DNA of 64,000 nucleotides from a virus (taxonomy: Duplodnaviria; Caudoviricetes). The stretch spans positions 160,001-224,000 of the IMG/VR virus record IMGVR_UViG_3300049988_000124. The stretch is one strand, 5' to 3'. Positions 1-9,039 of the stretch are shown here, piece by piece. A program made the position numbers and the translations under genes. The first letter of the stretch is position 1. The number at the start of each line of letters is the position of its first letter. Below the pieces are notes generated by a model. The model searched no databases. It worked only from the letters and a program-made list of their open reading frames with translations, and was not told the DNA's origin.

Positions 1-408
1 GTTAATGGGTTGGGAATCCTCAAGAATCCCGTCCCATAGATCAAAGGGTCCACCAGAACCAAATGACACCTCGCTCAGAAGAGTGGAGGCAATCAGTTGG
101 TGGAGAAGCGGTGCGGTAATATCAGAATTGATATCGCCACCTACCACATCGCTTAGAAGATAGTGTCGATAAAGAAGCGTCTTGGGGCTCTGGGGCTTAC
201 CGACGACTTCACCCATCCACGTTGCCTGAAGAGGCGCAGCACTGGCGCGTTTCTCAACAATGGTCCACAGCGTGGTATCGTACTGATCCCACAAGAACGG
301 CTCACCGCTGAGAAACGCTAACCAGTCGTGAATGGTCAACACGAAAGGACAAAGACGAGCCGGGAGATCAGGCAAACACGCGCGTGTCTTCTGTATCCAG
401 TTCGTCAT
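1..408 (-). CDS. Hypothetical protein, truncated by the left edge (MTNWIQKTRACLPDLPARLCPFVLTIHDW...)
   Basis: Hand translation: minus frame open from ATG at 408 to position 1. Overlaps the end of the 368..1399 gene. Absent from the ORF track because it has no stop in the window. Confidence 0.6.
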   Translation of the reverse strand, partial: MTNWIQKTRACLPDLPARLCPFVLTIHDWLAFLSGEPFLWDQYDTTLWTIVEKRASAAPLQATWMGEVVGKPQSPKTLLYRHYLLSDVVGGDINSDITAPLLHQLIASTLLSEVSFGSGGPFDLWDGILEDSQPIN

Positions 409-1399
409 TATTGGCAGCAACCGGGGGTCGAGATCCTTCGGTCGGGTGGACAAGAATCTTCTCGGCGTCCTGGATGAGATCGTGGATGGCCTGCTCGCGC
501 TGTCCGAACAAGCACGACTCCACATGAATGCTGACCTTCTTGGAATAGAGAACCAGATCCTCCAGCCGCATTGGACTGGTGGCGGTGATACGATACTGCT
601 TGATCAGACCTTCCATCTGCTCTAGCTGTCGTCCGAGTTCACCGTAACTCATCTGCTGAGCTACCCGGCCCTGCTCCATGATCCCAACGATCGACACTTC
701 AAGGCGATAGCGACGACCAAGGTTCTTGTTGAAGAAAGGCAGTATATAGTTCTTGAAGAAAGCGTCAAGGACACTCAGCTTGACCGTGAAGATCTCACTG
801 GCGATGGTCACCGACAAGGTGTCGGAATTGTCGTTATAGTCGAGCGTGTTGAGACCGGTCTCCCGGCGCAGCTGCTCAATATCCATGGCCTGGCGCGACA
901 GTGAGCGTGTCTCACGGGTGAGCGCATCGATCACGATAGCAGGGAACCCCAGGTGAGACTCGGCCACCTTCAAAAGACCCCAGAAGCCGTAAGCCATGTC
1001 GCACATGAGCTCGACTTGTGTCCGGGTCATCTGGGTCTTGGTGGTGTCACCCTTTGAGACATCAAAGATGCTGATCTCAATGAGGGGGGCACAGATATTG
1101 CGGCACAGCCAGTCCACTCGGTTCTGATCCGAGAAGACGTAGTTGGGCTGAGAGATAGCACCATCTGGTCCGCGCATGCGCAGGTCCCACAAGGGAACAC
1201 GAGCGAACGCCAACTGGGTGGGGCTGCGCACTAGCTTGGAGAAGTCATAGCGCGTGATGTGATCGTAAGCCTCTTGGCTACCATCACTGAAGACGACCAG
1301 TGTCTCAATGCGGTTAGCCAGGAAGAAGTCAGCAGCTTCAGGATTGGACAAGCCATCCTTGGTGAAGTAAATGCTGGTCGTTGCCCTCATGACAAACAC
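368..1399 (-). CDS. Hypothetical protein (343 aa)
   Basis: Long ORF with natural composition, downstream of a TATTAC-type motif at 1523-1536. Confidence 0.75.
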   Translation of the reverse strand: MFVMRATTSIYFTKDGLSNPEAADFFLANRIETLVVFSDGSQEAYDHITRYDFSKLVRSPTQLAFARVPLWDLRMRGPDGAISQPNYVFSDQNRVDWLCRNICAPLIEISIFDVSKGDTTKTQMTRTQVELMCDMAYGFWGLLKVAESHLGFPAIVIDALTRETRSLSRQAMDIEQLRRETGLNTLDYNDNSDTLSVTIASEIFTVKLSVLDAFFKNYILPFFNKNLGRRYRLEVSIVGIMEQGRVAQQMSYGELGRQLEQMEGLIKQYRITATSPMRLEDLVLYSKKVSIHVESCLFGQREQAIHDLIQDAEKILVHPTEGSRPPVAANNDELDTEDTRVFA

Positions 1400-1522
1400 C
1401 TATACGTGAATATGTGAATAAAGGTAGTGGGCTTTTATTCTAACCCTCATTCTATGACCTCGCAAAAGGCCATTCTTTTTTATCTTTTTGCAAAACTCAA
1501 CTCGGAGCTAATTGGCTCTTCG

Positions 1523-1536
1523 TCACCTTAGTAATA
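1523..1536 (-). promoter_or_regulatory. Putative early promoter, TATTAC-N5-TGA
   Basis: Plus strand TCA-cctta-GTAATA; the same spacing occurs at four other intergenic sites. Confidence 0.5.
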
Positions 1537-1548
1537 TAGGCTTGTAAA

Positions 1549-2031
1549 ATGGCTGACATCATTGAAGAAACCCAGGCAAAGATCCGCCGTAGTCTGGGTG
1601 TAGAAATGGCGCTGATGGAGGATGTCTTCGATGAGACAGCCGAGCTGCGCAAGACCATCACTGCTCGCCTCGTTGACGCTGCCAGTAAAGTCAAGATCGT
1701 CGATGTTCTCGATGATGGTACAGCCATGGTCCGCGAGGACACAGGCTTTGCTATGTCTGTCGTAGCAGGGGCCCTGAAGGCACTAGAGGCAACCGAGAAG
1801 GCCAAGGTCCAGTCCATCGGTCTCAAGATGCGTCAGAACGAGGCAGAGATTGCATCGGCTGCGGTACACCAGGATCGCATCCTGGCGGTGCTGGAGATGA
1901 CCAAGCCTGGAAACCTGAAGGATCACGAGTTCGAACCCGCCGCCTTGGAGCACAAGATGGAGGAAATGTTCGATGCTCAGATCCAAGGATTCGAGATGAA
2001 CACCAACCCGAACGATTTGTCGAACGGATAA
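1549..2031 (+). CDS. Hypothetical helical protein (160 aa)
   Basis: ORF with phage-like codon use. TATGAC at 1453 upstream, hairpin downstream. Confidence 0.75.
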   Translation: MADIIEETQAKIRRSLGVEMALMEDVFDETAELRKTITARLVDAASKVKIVDVLDDGTAMVREDTGFAMSVVAGALKALEATEKAKVQSIGLKMRQNEAEIASAAVHQDRILAVLEMTKPGNLKDHEFEPAALEHKMEEMFDAQIQGFEMNTNPNDLSNG

Positions 2032-2046
2032 CCACCAAGAGGATAG

Positions 2047-2075
2047 GACAGGGCATCCCGAAAGGGAGCCCTGTC
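2047..2075. terminator. Hairpin between convergent genes
   Basis: GACAGGGC-a-TCCC-GAAA-GGGA-GCCCTGTC. Confidence 0.7.
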
Positions 2076-2092
2076 TTACCTTATTGTTTGAG

Positions 2093-2821
2093 TTAGTTGC
2101 TCTGACGAAGAGCAGCCGCACGGCGGTTGTAGAAGGTCACGAACTCCTGCTTGCCGAGCACGCGAACGATCGTGGCACTCTCGATACGACCGGCCTGGCC
2201 GTTAGCAAGGCCCGAGAACAGACCGTTGATGAACCCAACCTTCTGCTCGTCGACGTGAGCGAGCGTGGTCGAGCCCTTCATGAAGTTCTCGCCCTTGGCC
2301 ACACCGTCCTTATTCTCGGCGAAGAAGTCGAGAAGGGCAGTCAGTACCGCTGTGGTCGGATGCTTGATGACGAAGCGCGTAATCTCATTGGCGATCTTGG
2401 CCGATGAGCGGAAATGCTCGGGCTTATCACCACCAGTTGAGTTCTCGGCCTTGAATGCAGCCAGGGTCTCCTGGAGCTGCGCTACCAGAGGATCGTCACT
2501 GGCGGAAACAGGCTCGTCGTCGACAGTCTCGTCGGTGACCGCAGTCTCCTCGGTCACAGGCTCCTCGATGGTCGCACCGACCTGAGCCGCCAGGCTCTCA
2601 GCGAGCGCATCTGCTTCAGCGTCGCTGGCGTCGGTATTCGACTGACCTTCGGCGACCTGATTGCTCGCAACACCGTCCTGTGCCTGGACGTCGGTGTTCG
2701 CCGTCACGATCTTGTCCTCACCGCCGGTCTCCTCGGGCGGCTGCTCGGGGGCAGGAGTAGGAGTGGTGGCAGGACGCTGCTGGTTGTTGGGACGCGGTCC
2801 ACGGTTACCGTTGTTCGCCAT
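2093..2821 (-). CDS. Hypothetical protein with Pro/Gln-rich and acidic disordered N-half (242 aa), possibly virion-associated
   Basis: Start refined to MANNGNRG behind AAGGAA RBS. Adjacent to the virion RNAP beta' C-half. Confidence 0.7.
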   Translation of the reverse strand: MANNGNRGPRPNNQQRPATTPTPAPEQPPEETGGEDKIVTANTDVQAQDGVASNQVAEGQSNTDASDAEADALAESLAAQVGATIEEPVTEETAVTDETVDDEPVSASDDPLVAQLQETLAAFKAENSTGGDKPEHFRSSAKIANEITRFVIKHPTTAVLTALLDFFAENKDGVAKGENFMKGSTTLAHVDEQKVGFINGLFSGLANGQAGRIESATIVRVLGKQEFVTFYNRRAAALRQSN

Positions 2822-2935
2822 GGTATTTCCTTTTCTACTTGTTTGAAACTCAAAGCTCGTTGACATACCCCAACCCAACCACACCTAGATGCGGGTAAGT
2901 TGGTAAGAGCATAACATCAAAGCAGAGCCCTACTA

Positions 2936-4327
2936 TTAAGCTCTAATGAGATATTTATCAATGTTTGAAATGTCAACGGTGTTGTGCGACTTACCGTGCA
3001 TGGCTTTCAGGGCCGAGGTTGTCTGGTTACGGGCAAAGTCATTGGCAACAGGCGCAAATGCTTTCTGTCCCAACTCTTCGAACAGATTACCAAAGCACTT
3101 GGCACAAAAGCCCTTGGTAGCTTTACAGTAACCAGGCGTTCTGATCACCAGGTCCTTACCGACGAGCGAAGGAATAGATTCCTCGGTAATCAATGTAGTC
3201 GAGCCGTTCTTGTTAACCACGTAATTCCACAAGAAGTCTTCCAGGGAATCTTTGGTAGCAAAGACGTCCTCGCCGTTCGTCGTGCCGCAATCATCGGTGT
3301 CGATGCGAGTATCTTGCAGAACGCGCAAGATGAGTTTGGCGATCACGCCGCCGTCAGCGGTCTCAATGGCGCGCGAGTAAGAGCCCGAGCGAACCTCGTT
3401 AAAGATCGTCGGCAGATCCTTCTGCTTCCATCCATTACCCATCGGGTTATCAACGAAGACGAACTTACCAGGTGAGCCGAAGACTTCCGTCATTCCTTGG
3501 GTCAAGAAGAGCTTCTTCAAGGTCACGTTGAAGTACTTGGCCTTCAAGAGGAAGTGCATGGAAGGGTCACCCTCCAGGTACGTCCGGTAAGCAGCGATGA
3601 GTTGCTTTTCGATATCCGACATGACCGCCACGTCACCAGCCTCAATGGCTTCGCGGTTCTCCCGAACGAGACGCTCGCGCAAGTCAGTGATCGACTGCGG
3701 GATCGTAATGGTTTTCTCAGAGATCCCAGGATTCACCATCTCACAGGCTTGCCCGAACAAGGAGAGTGTGTTGATGTACTTATCCTTCACGTCCCTGATC
3801 GTGACCTGGTTGTTGATCATACAGTACGCAATCTTCTTCTCGAGCATCGAGATTTTGATCTCGGTGTTCATGTAGCCGATCACGTCACCGAAGGGGTAGA
3901 CGAGGAGGAGGTAGTTGGTAATGAAGATACCAATGGAGGTATCGACTGGCTCACTGCCCTTGTAGTTCAGGATCTCTCCTGGATTCAAGATAAACGAGTC
4001 CTGAGGGGTGCACAGGGGCAGTTTTTCCCCAGGGGTATAGATGATCCCAGTATCAGTGGCAGTGACCTCATAGGCCTTCTCACCGCTGTTGGTATCATAG
4101 ACCCTGGTAAAGGACGTGACCGCGTAGAACCGGTCCGGGTTGTGGTCAAGGATGAAGAGTTTGCCCAAGTAGAGGGGACACTCTGTGGTGATGCGGAACT
4201 TGTCACCGGTCTGGCGACTACCAACGAGGCGCTCAGGGATCATCCAGATCTCACGACAAAGATCGATGTTGATCAAGGATGACTGGTTAGCAATGATAAA
4301 TTCAACGAGCGGGGATCTAGCAGCCAT
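2936..4327 (-). CDS. Virion RNA polymerase beta' subunit, C-terminal part (phiKZ gp80-like)
   Basis: DDCGTTNG and CKATKGFCAKCFG zinc-site motifs of beta' C-terminal regions, plus SGSYSRAIETADGG and TTSALKAMH. Start refined to MAARSP behind GGAG. Confidence 0.85.
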   Translation of the reverse strand: MAARSPLVEFIIANQSSLINIDLCREIWMIPERLVGSRQTGDKFRITTECPLYLGKLFILDHNPDRFYAVTSFTRVYDTNSGEKAYEVTATDTGIIYTPGEKLPLCTPQDSFILNPGEILNYKGSEPVDTSIGIFITNYLLLVYPFGDVIGYMNTEIKISMLEKKIAYCMINNQVTIRDVKDKYINTLSLFGQACEMVNPGISEKTITIPQSITDLRERLVRENREAIEAGDVAVMSDIEKQLIAAYRTYLEGDPSMHFLLKAKYFNVTLKKLFLTQGMTEVFGSPGKFVFVDNPMGNGWKQKDLPTIFNEVRSGSYSRAIETADGGVIAKLILRVLQDTRIDTDDCGTTNGEDVFATKDSLEDFLWNYVVNKNGSTTLITEESIPSLVGKDLVIRTPGYCKATKGFCAKCFGNLFEELGQKAFAPVANDFARNQTTSALKAMHGKSHNTVDISNIDKYLIRA

Positions 4328-4334
4328 GGGTGGA

Positions 4335-5321
4335 TTACTCCTGGTAGAGGCCATCCACGGTCTGCTTTACCGTGGCATCGGGGAATTGGTGAAAGAGAAG
4401 CGACACATCTTTGGTGTAGGCGGCCTGGTCTTCGTGTACGGCGTAGAGAAAGCAGTACATCGCGATGAGCTCGTGGGGCAGCGGATTCATGTTGCGAACA
4501 TTGTAGTAATGCACGCACCAGCGGTTTGCTACCTGGTAATGGTACCACTGCTTGTTGAACGAGGGAACAAGGTCATCGGGGAGGAGTGTTTCATTCAGCG
4601 TGAAAATGTAGTTATACGCAGCAAAGTTCGCAGGGGCAACCGTGTCCAGGATGATCTGATTCTGAAGCTCGGTGAGCTGATCATACACCGGGTGATGCTG
4701 GAAGGCATCAATCGCTTTAGCAAAGCGAACAATCAGTGTACGAATGCGGTTGCGGTAGGCGGTGTGGGCATCCGCATCGAACTCAGTCACGAGGCGCTCA
4801 CTCTTGATCAAACTGTAAAGATTGGTCATGTAGTGGGTGAACACGTCGGTCTGGGAGATGAAGGAATAATACTGGTCAATGAGCTCGGCCAAATGCGGCG
4901 CTAGTGGCTCGTTACCATCGAGACCCCCGAGCTCTGACAGATACGTCTGGATAAGCGTTTCATGGTCACCAAGGTTACCCTCTAGAATGTGACCCACACA
5001 GTCCTTGAGCTTACTGTCATGCTTCAAATGCTGGTAGAGCGTATTGGGAAGCAGGTACGAGGAGAAGGTAAGGAATGAGAAGAGCGTGTCGTTATTCTCA
5101 AACACATCAGCGTAATCGATGTTGAGAACCAGACCAATTGTTTCCAGATCCCTGGTGAGGTTCAAGAATGCACTCTCTAGGATGTGCTGATCGGTTGACT
5201 CATCAACGTCGACACTTTGGCGGTAGGATTCTGTCTCAATCCCTGCTTTGGCAGCAGGAGACATGGAGCAGATCAGAAACAGAGCATTGTTAGTGTTGGG
5301 AGTCATTTCATTCGGGATCAC
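4335..5321 (-). CDS. Hypothetical protein (328 aa)
   Basis: Long ORF tightly coupled to the RNAP gene; TATGAC upstream at 5342-5347. Confidence 0.75.
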   Translation of the reverse strand: MIPNEMTPNTNNALFLICSMSPAAKAGIETESYRQSVDVDESTDQHILESAFLNLTRDLETIGLVLNIDYADVFENNDTLFSFLTFSSYLLPNTLYQHLKHDSKLKDCVGHILEGNLGDHETLIQTYLSELGGLDGNEPLAPHLAELIDQYYSFISQTDVFTHYMTNLYSLIKSERLVTEFDADAHTAYRNRIRTLIVRFAKAIDAFQHHPVYDQLTELQNQIILDTVAPANFAAYNYIFTLNETLLPDDLVPSFNKQWYHYQVANRWCVHYYNVRNMNPLPHELIAMYCFLYAVHEDQAAYTKDVSLLFHQFPDATVKQTVDGLYQE

Positions 5322-5372
5322 TGTGATCCTCCTATCTTGGCGTCATAAAATTGCCAAAAAATAAAGGAAGAA

Positions 5373-5398
5373 AAGAGGGGAGCCGAAGCCCCCCTCTT
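5373..5398 (-). terminator. Intrinsic terminator
   Basis: Minus strand AAGAGGGG...TTCG...CCCCTCTT followed by a T-rich tract. Confidence 0.8.
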
Positions 5399-5406
5399 AG
5401 TGTTGA

Positions 5407-6909
5407 TCAGCTGAGCGTGACTTCGACCTTCACACCGAGCTTGTCGCCGAGGCGCTTGAGCTCGTTGATGTGGTAGAAGAAATCGGTCATGTGCGTATCG
5501 TCGACCTTGGCACTGTTCGAGGCTGCATTGCTGACCGGCACCTTGACAGCAGGAGTCTCGACCGGTACATCGGTCACCGAGCCGACCGGCTTCTTGGGAG
5601 CCTGCTTCATCACCTTCAAGAACTGCGTATGCGAGAGCTTGATGACCACGCTCTTCAGACCGTTCTGGAAGTGCTTGCGCGCTGCCTCCGTCAGGTTGGC
5701 GTTGTTGCCGAGCCGAACAAAGACGTTGCGATTGCGCAGGTCGTACTGCTCGATCACGACGTTGATCGGACCGATCCGGTCCTCGCCGATCTTGGTGAAC
5801 ACCATGACGGTCGTGCCGACTGGATGATCCTCGGGGTTGAGACGCTGACGATCGAGTTCCTTCAGGATGACGAAATCATCGAGCGAGTCCCAGGTGTCAG
5901 TACCCTGCTCATCGAAGAGCAGTCGAACCCGATCGTTGGACTGGTGGGGTGCATCCTTGCCCCAACGCAGGATCGTCACCGGCGTCGGTATCCGAACGCC
6001 CTGAACAGGCACGACCAGCAAGCGCTGACCAACAGTGTAGACGTCAGGGTCGAGGAAGGTAACCTGCGGGTCATCGACCTTGCCGAGGATGCCCTTCAGC
6101 TCGATCGATTCGGTCGTGACGACGATGGTCTCGTTGTTGCTCTTGTTGCGAATGGCAAGACCACCATGCTGCTCGATCCACTCCGTCACCACGCCTTCGT
6201 AGACGACGTTGTCGTTGGTCCCATCGCTGAAGAGGATACGCGTGTCGACGGGCGTGAGTTCGGGCGAAGGACGCACCATCTTGGGCTCTTCCTCGCGCGG
6301 CGTGCCGTCGACGTTGAGGAGCTTCACGATGAGGTAATCGCCCGGAACGTGCCAGGCGACGTTGCCGCCGTTGTTCACCCGCGAGCGGAACTTCGAGCCG
6401 AGCCCCGACCATTCGAGAATGGTGATGTCGTGGTCCGGCGCACCGGCGATCAGGAACATGCCCGCTCGCTCGACCAACATGCGGGTACCGGCAGGATGAT
6501 CCTGCTGGTTGATGACGGGCGTGAACGCGAAGTTGCCGAACACCTCATCGACGAGATTGCTGGCCATTGGAGCCTCGTCCGCTGGTGCATCCTCCTTCTT
6601 GGACGGGCGGGGCGGGAGCGAGACGACCTCGGTGCCGTTCTCGGCGACGATCGCGTTGATGAACACGCTCTCGATATGAGCGTCGACCTGCTTGTCCTCG
6701 TTGACGGTCGTCATGCGAACGTAATCGTTCTCGAGGTACTCGGCGATCTTGCTGTCGAACTCACCGCCGTCATCGTTGAGCTGCCACAGAATACGGCTGC
6801 CGATGGGATAATCGGTCGGGTTGGGATGATAGTTGACGCCCTCGATATCGAGCTGGATTTCGGCGGGAGTGGTCACCTCGTTGGTGCCTGCATCCGTGTT
6901 GATATCCAT
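5407..6909 (-). CDS. Protein with five tandem ~65-aa SH3/Tudor-like repeats (500 aa)
   Basis: Repeats begin NPTDYPIGSRIL, NQQDHPAGTRML, SPELTPVDTRIL, DPDVYTVGQRLL, NPEDHPVGTTVM. Start refined to MDINT behind GAAAGG. Confidence 0.75.
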   Translation of the reverse strand: MDINTDAGTNEVTTPAEIQLDIEGVNYHPNPTDYPIGSRILWQLNDDGGEFDSKIAEYLENDYVRMTTVNEDKQVDAHIESVFINAIVAENGTEVVSLPPRPSKKEDAPADEAPMASNLVDEVFGNFAFTPVINQQDHPAGTRMLVERAGMFLIAGAPDHDITILEWSGLGSKFRSRVNNGGNVAWHVPGDYLIVKLLNVDGTPREEEPKMVRPSPELTPVDTRILFSDGTNDNVVYEGVVTEWIEQHGGLAIRNKSNNETIVVTTESIELKGILGKVDDPQVTFLDPDVYTVGQRLLVVPVQGVRIPTPVTILRWGKDAPHQSNDRVRLLFDEQGTDTWDSLDDFVILKELDRQRLNPEDHPVGTTVMVFTKIGEDRIGPINVVIEQYDLRNRNVFVRLGNNANLTEAARKHFQNGLKSVVIKLSHTQFLKVMKQAPKKPVGSVTDVPVETPAVKVPVSNAASNSAKVDDTHMTDFFYHINELKRLGDKLGVKVEVTLS

Positions 6910-7025
6910 GATCTGAAACCTTTCGTTCTTGTTGCCGACAGTTCGGCAGGGGTAAATCGTTGACACTGAATGACCTAACAGGGGATGTGATCAAGAGACC
7001 AGCATCCCCGATTGGGTCAGTGAGA

Positions 7026-7169
7026 TCAGGCCGTGATGGTCGGAACCGGCGTCTTGCTCTCGTGGCTGATCTTCCAGGACCAAACGGTCGTGGCGACTTC
7101 CTTGAAGCCGATAGCAGCGAGACCCAGGACGACGAGTGCACCAACGGCGCGCGAGAAGAGCGAGACCAT
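7026..7169 (-). CDS. Small membrane protein (47 aa, MVSLFSRAVGALVVLGLAAIGFKEVATT...)
   Basis: Hand-found; strong AAAAGGAA RBS and N-terminal hydrophobic helix. Confidence 0.65.
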   Translation of the reverse strand: MVSLFSRAVGALVVLGLAAIGFKEVATTVWSWKISHESKTPVPTITA

Positions 7170-7226
7170 GTGAAATTCCTTTTCTTGAATGAATGAGAAC
7201 CGCTGAATCAGAATTGAATCGGCGAA

Positions 7227-7508
7227 TTACGTATTCTTCTTCTTGCCCTTGTTCAGACGCTGCTTCTTGCAACGCTCAGTACTCATCCACAACCGGTTAG
7301 CCAGGCGCTGCGCTGCGACGACAGCGGCTGCCTCCATGATGTGCGATGAGATCACCTCGTGTGCAGTACCTTTCTTCTGCATCACGATCCACCGCTTGCG
7401 GTGATTCCCACGGTTCAGGAGACGAGGCTCGACGCGCACCAGTCGCAGGTGGGTATCATGCCAATAGCCGCCACGCTCTTCGATCATGGGATTGGGGTGA
7501 ACGATCAT
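7227..7508 (-). CDS. Hypothetical basic protein (93 aa)
   Basis: AAAGGA RBS before MIVHPNP. Confidence 0.6.
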   Translation of the reverse strand: MIVHPNPMIEERGGYWHDTHLRLVRVEPRLLNRGNHRKRWIVMQKKGTAHEVISSHIMEAAAVVAAQRLANRLWMSTERCKKQRLNKGKKKNT

Positions 7509-7614
7509 AGAACTATCCTTTTGGAAGGACAAAGAAACTTAAGCGGAAGTTACTTCCCAGCTTTTGAGGCTGCAATCATCATTTGAAGAAGGAGAGCTTG
7601 CAGCACTGTCCTTC

Positions 7615-7671
7615 TTATCCTTGATCCAGTTTTACACGTGGGTTCTGTTTGTTCTTGTTATAGATACCCAT
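7615..7671 (-). CDS. Possible 18-aa peptide MGIYNKNKQNPRVKLDQG
   Basis: GAGGAAG RBS then ATG in an otherwise non-coding 260-nt gap. Confidence 0.3.
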   Translation of the reverse strand: MGIYNKNKQNPRVKLDQG

Positions 7672-7733
7672 TACTTCTTCCTCGATATTCTGGGCTTATT
7701 GACGTGCAGCGTGAAAAACTAAAGGAACAGGAA

Positions 7734-7757
7734 CAGGGAGAGGTTGCCCCCTCCCTG
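7734..7757 (-). terminator. Intrinsic terminator
   Basis: Minus strand CAGGGAG-GGGGCAACCT-CTCCCTG then a T-rich tail. Confidence 0.7.
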
Positions 7758-7771
7758 AACCGGTTAAACGA

Positions 7772-8098
7772 TTACGACAGCGCCTGCGAGATGGCGCGAG
7801 CGACGTCCTCGGCGTCACCGGCCGAGAAGAACGACGGCATCGCGCGGCCGGTGTAGTGGTAGTTCATCGCGCTGGCGACGCCGAGGCCGGTCGCGCTGGC
7901 CGCGACGACGGTCGTGGTGCCGGGGTTGTCGCGGAAGGCGCGGGCGATCTTGCCGAAGAAGCCGGGCTTGTCGATGGTGATCTCGTGCTTGTCGGTGCGC
8001 ACCGCGCCGTTGGCGTCGACGGTGGTGGTGTCCGACGAGATCGTGCCGGTGGTCGAAGCAGCGGCGGCGGCGGGCGAGATCTGAGAAATGACGGTCAT
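7772..8098 (-). CDS. Small Thr/Ala-rich protein with hydrophobic segment (108 aa)
   Basis: GAAGGGA RBS before MTVISQ; TTTVVAASATGLGVASAM hydrophobic stretch; very high GC3. Confidence 0.7.
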   Translation of the reverse strand: MTVISQISPAAAAASTTGTISSDTTTVDANGAVRTDKHEITIDKPGFFGKIARAFRDNPGTTTVVAASATGLGVASAMNYHYTGRAMPSFFSAGDAEDVARAISQALS

Positions 8099-8271
8099 GG
8101 GAAATCCCTTCAGTTGAAATGTTTGTTGGAAAACGAAGCACCGCTCATGGGAATGTAAGCGGCGATAGAAAAGGTAGGTCGTGGGGGAGGGGTTGGAGTG
8201 ATACAACCGTTACATGACGAATTCCTTTTGCTTGAAGAATGAGGGGAAATGAGTCAATTCATCTACCCTTA

Positions 8272-8285
8272 TCAACTCAGTAATA
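8272..8285 (-). promoter_or_regulatory. Putative early promoter, TATTAC-N5-TGATAAG
   Basis: CTTATCA-actca-GTAATA-TGGGGCTTCAGAA, closely matching the site at 21298. Confidence 0.65.
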
Positions 8286-8326
8286 TGGGGCTTCAGAATT
8301 TTGATCTCGGTATCCCCTCGGGGATA

Positions 8327-8962
8327 TTACGCGCGCCGGTGGGCGACACCGACACCCAGGAGGGCACCGAAGCCGAGCCAGACGGCGTTGTTCTTCACCC
8401 AGTTGACGGTGTCGGTGCAGTTCTGCGAGAAGGTCTCGTAGATGCCCTGACGCTCGGCGGTCTTGGCCGCCTTCATCTCGAGCTTGGCGAGAAGCTCGGG
8501 TGCGAGCTCGTCCGGGTTGACCTGGCCGACGAAGTTGAGCTGCGAGAAGAAGCCGCCGCGCGTGAAGCCGTCGGGCCGGTAGTAGGAACCGTCCTGATCA
8601 GCGAAGCGGTAGCCGTCAGCGTAGAATCGCGAGCTCTCCGGCACGGTGCCGACGATCTTGCAGATCTGGTCGAGCCCGTTCAGATAGTAGCCGCCGATCT
8701 CGACGACTGCGTAGGGCGACTCGGGCGCGGGCTCCATGAAGGTGCACACGATGTCGTGAGCGTTCTTCTGCTCGACGGGCAGATCGCCCATCGTGCCGAC
8801 GACGCTGCCGTCCTCGCGGTAGTTGATGCCGTTGTCACCACGAAAACGGAAGCCGAGGTGATGCTCGGTCTCGTCCTCACCAAAGGCGTGGACCATGATG
8901 ACCTTGGCACCGACGGTGTCGACGAAGATGGTGCCGAGGGCGAGCTTGAGAGTATCGGACAT
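8327..8962 (-). CDS. Protein with two copies of the dispersed ~60-aa domain and a C-terminal membrane anchor (211 aa)
   Basis: FRGDNGINYREDG and FADQDGSYYRPDG copies; tail AVWLGFGALLGVGVAHRRA. Confidence 0.75.
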   Translation of the reverse strand: MSDTLKLALGTIFVDTVGAKVIMVHAFGEDETEHHLGFRFRGDNGINYREDGSVVGTMGDLPVEQKNAHDIVCTFMEPAPESPYAVVEIGGYYLNGLDQICKIVGTVPESSRFYADGYRFADQDGSYYRPDGFTRGGFFSQLNFVGQVNPDELAPELLAKLEMKAAKTAERQGIYETFSQNCTDTVNWVKNNAVWLGFGALLGVGVAHRRA

Positions 8963-8997
8963 GAGAGTATTCCTTTTTTCACTGATTGATGGGTGAT

Positions 8998-9031
8998 ACA
9001 TGACCTGAGGGCAAATGCCCTCAGGTCATGT
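8998..9031. terminator. Perfect 16-bp inverted repeat
   Basis: ACATGACCTGAGGGCA-aa-TGCCCTCAGGTCATGT. Confidence 0.7.
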
Positions 9032-9039
9032 GATGGGGT

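Noticed and set aside
5470-6963. 497-aa plus-strand ORF
   Set aside because: Antisense shadow of the repeat protein. The minus frame has the RBS, codon bias and repeats; the plus product is Arg/Leu/Asp-rich nonsense.
8198-9000. GTGATACA in two consecutive leaders (8198, 8993)
   Set aside because: Only an 8-mer with no constant distance to the start codons; could be chance.
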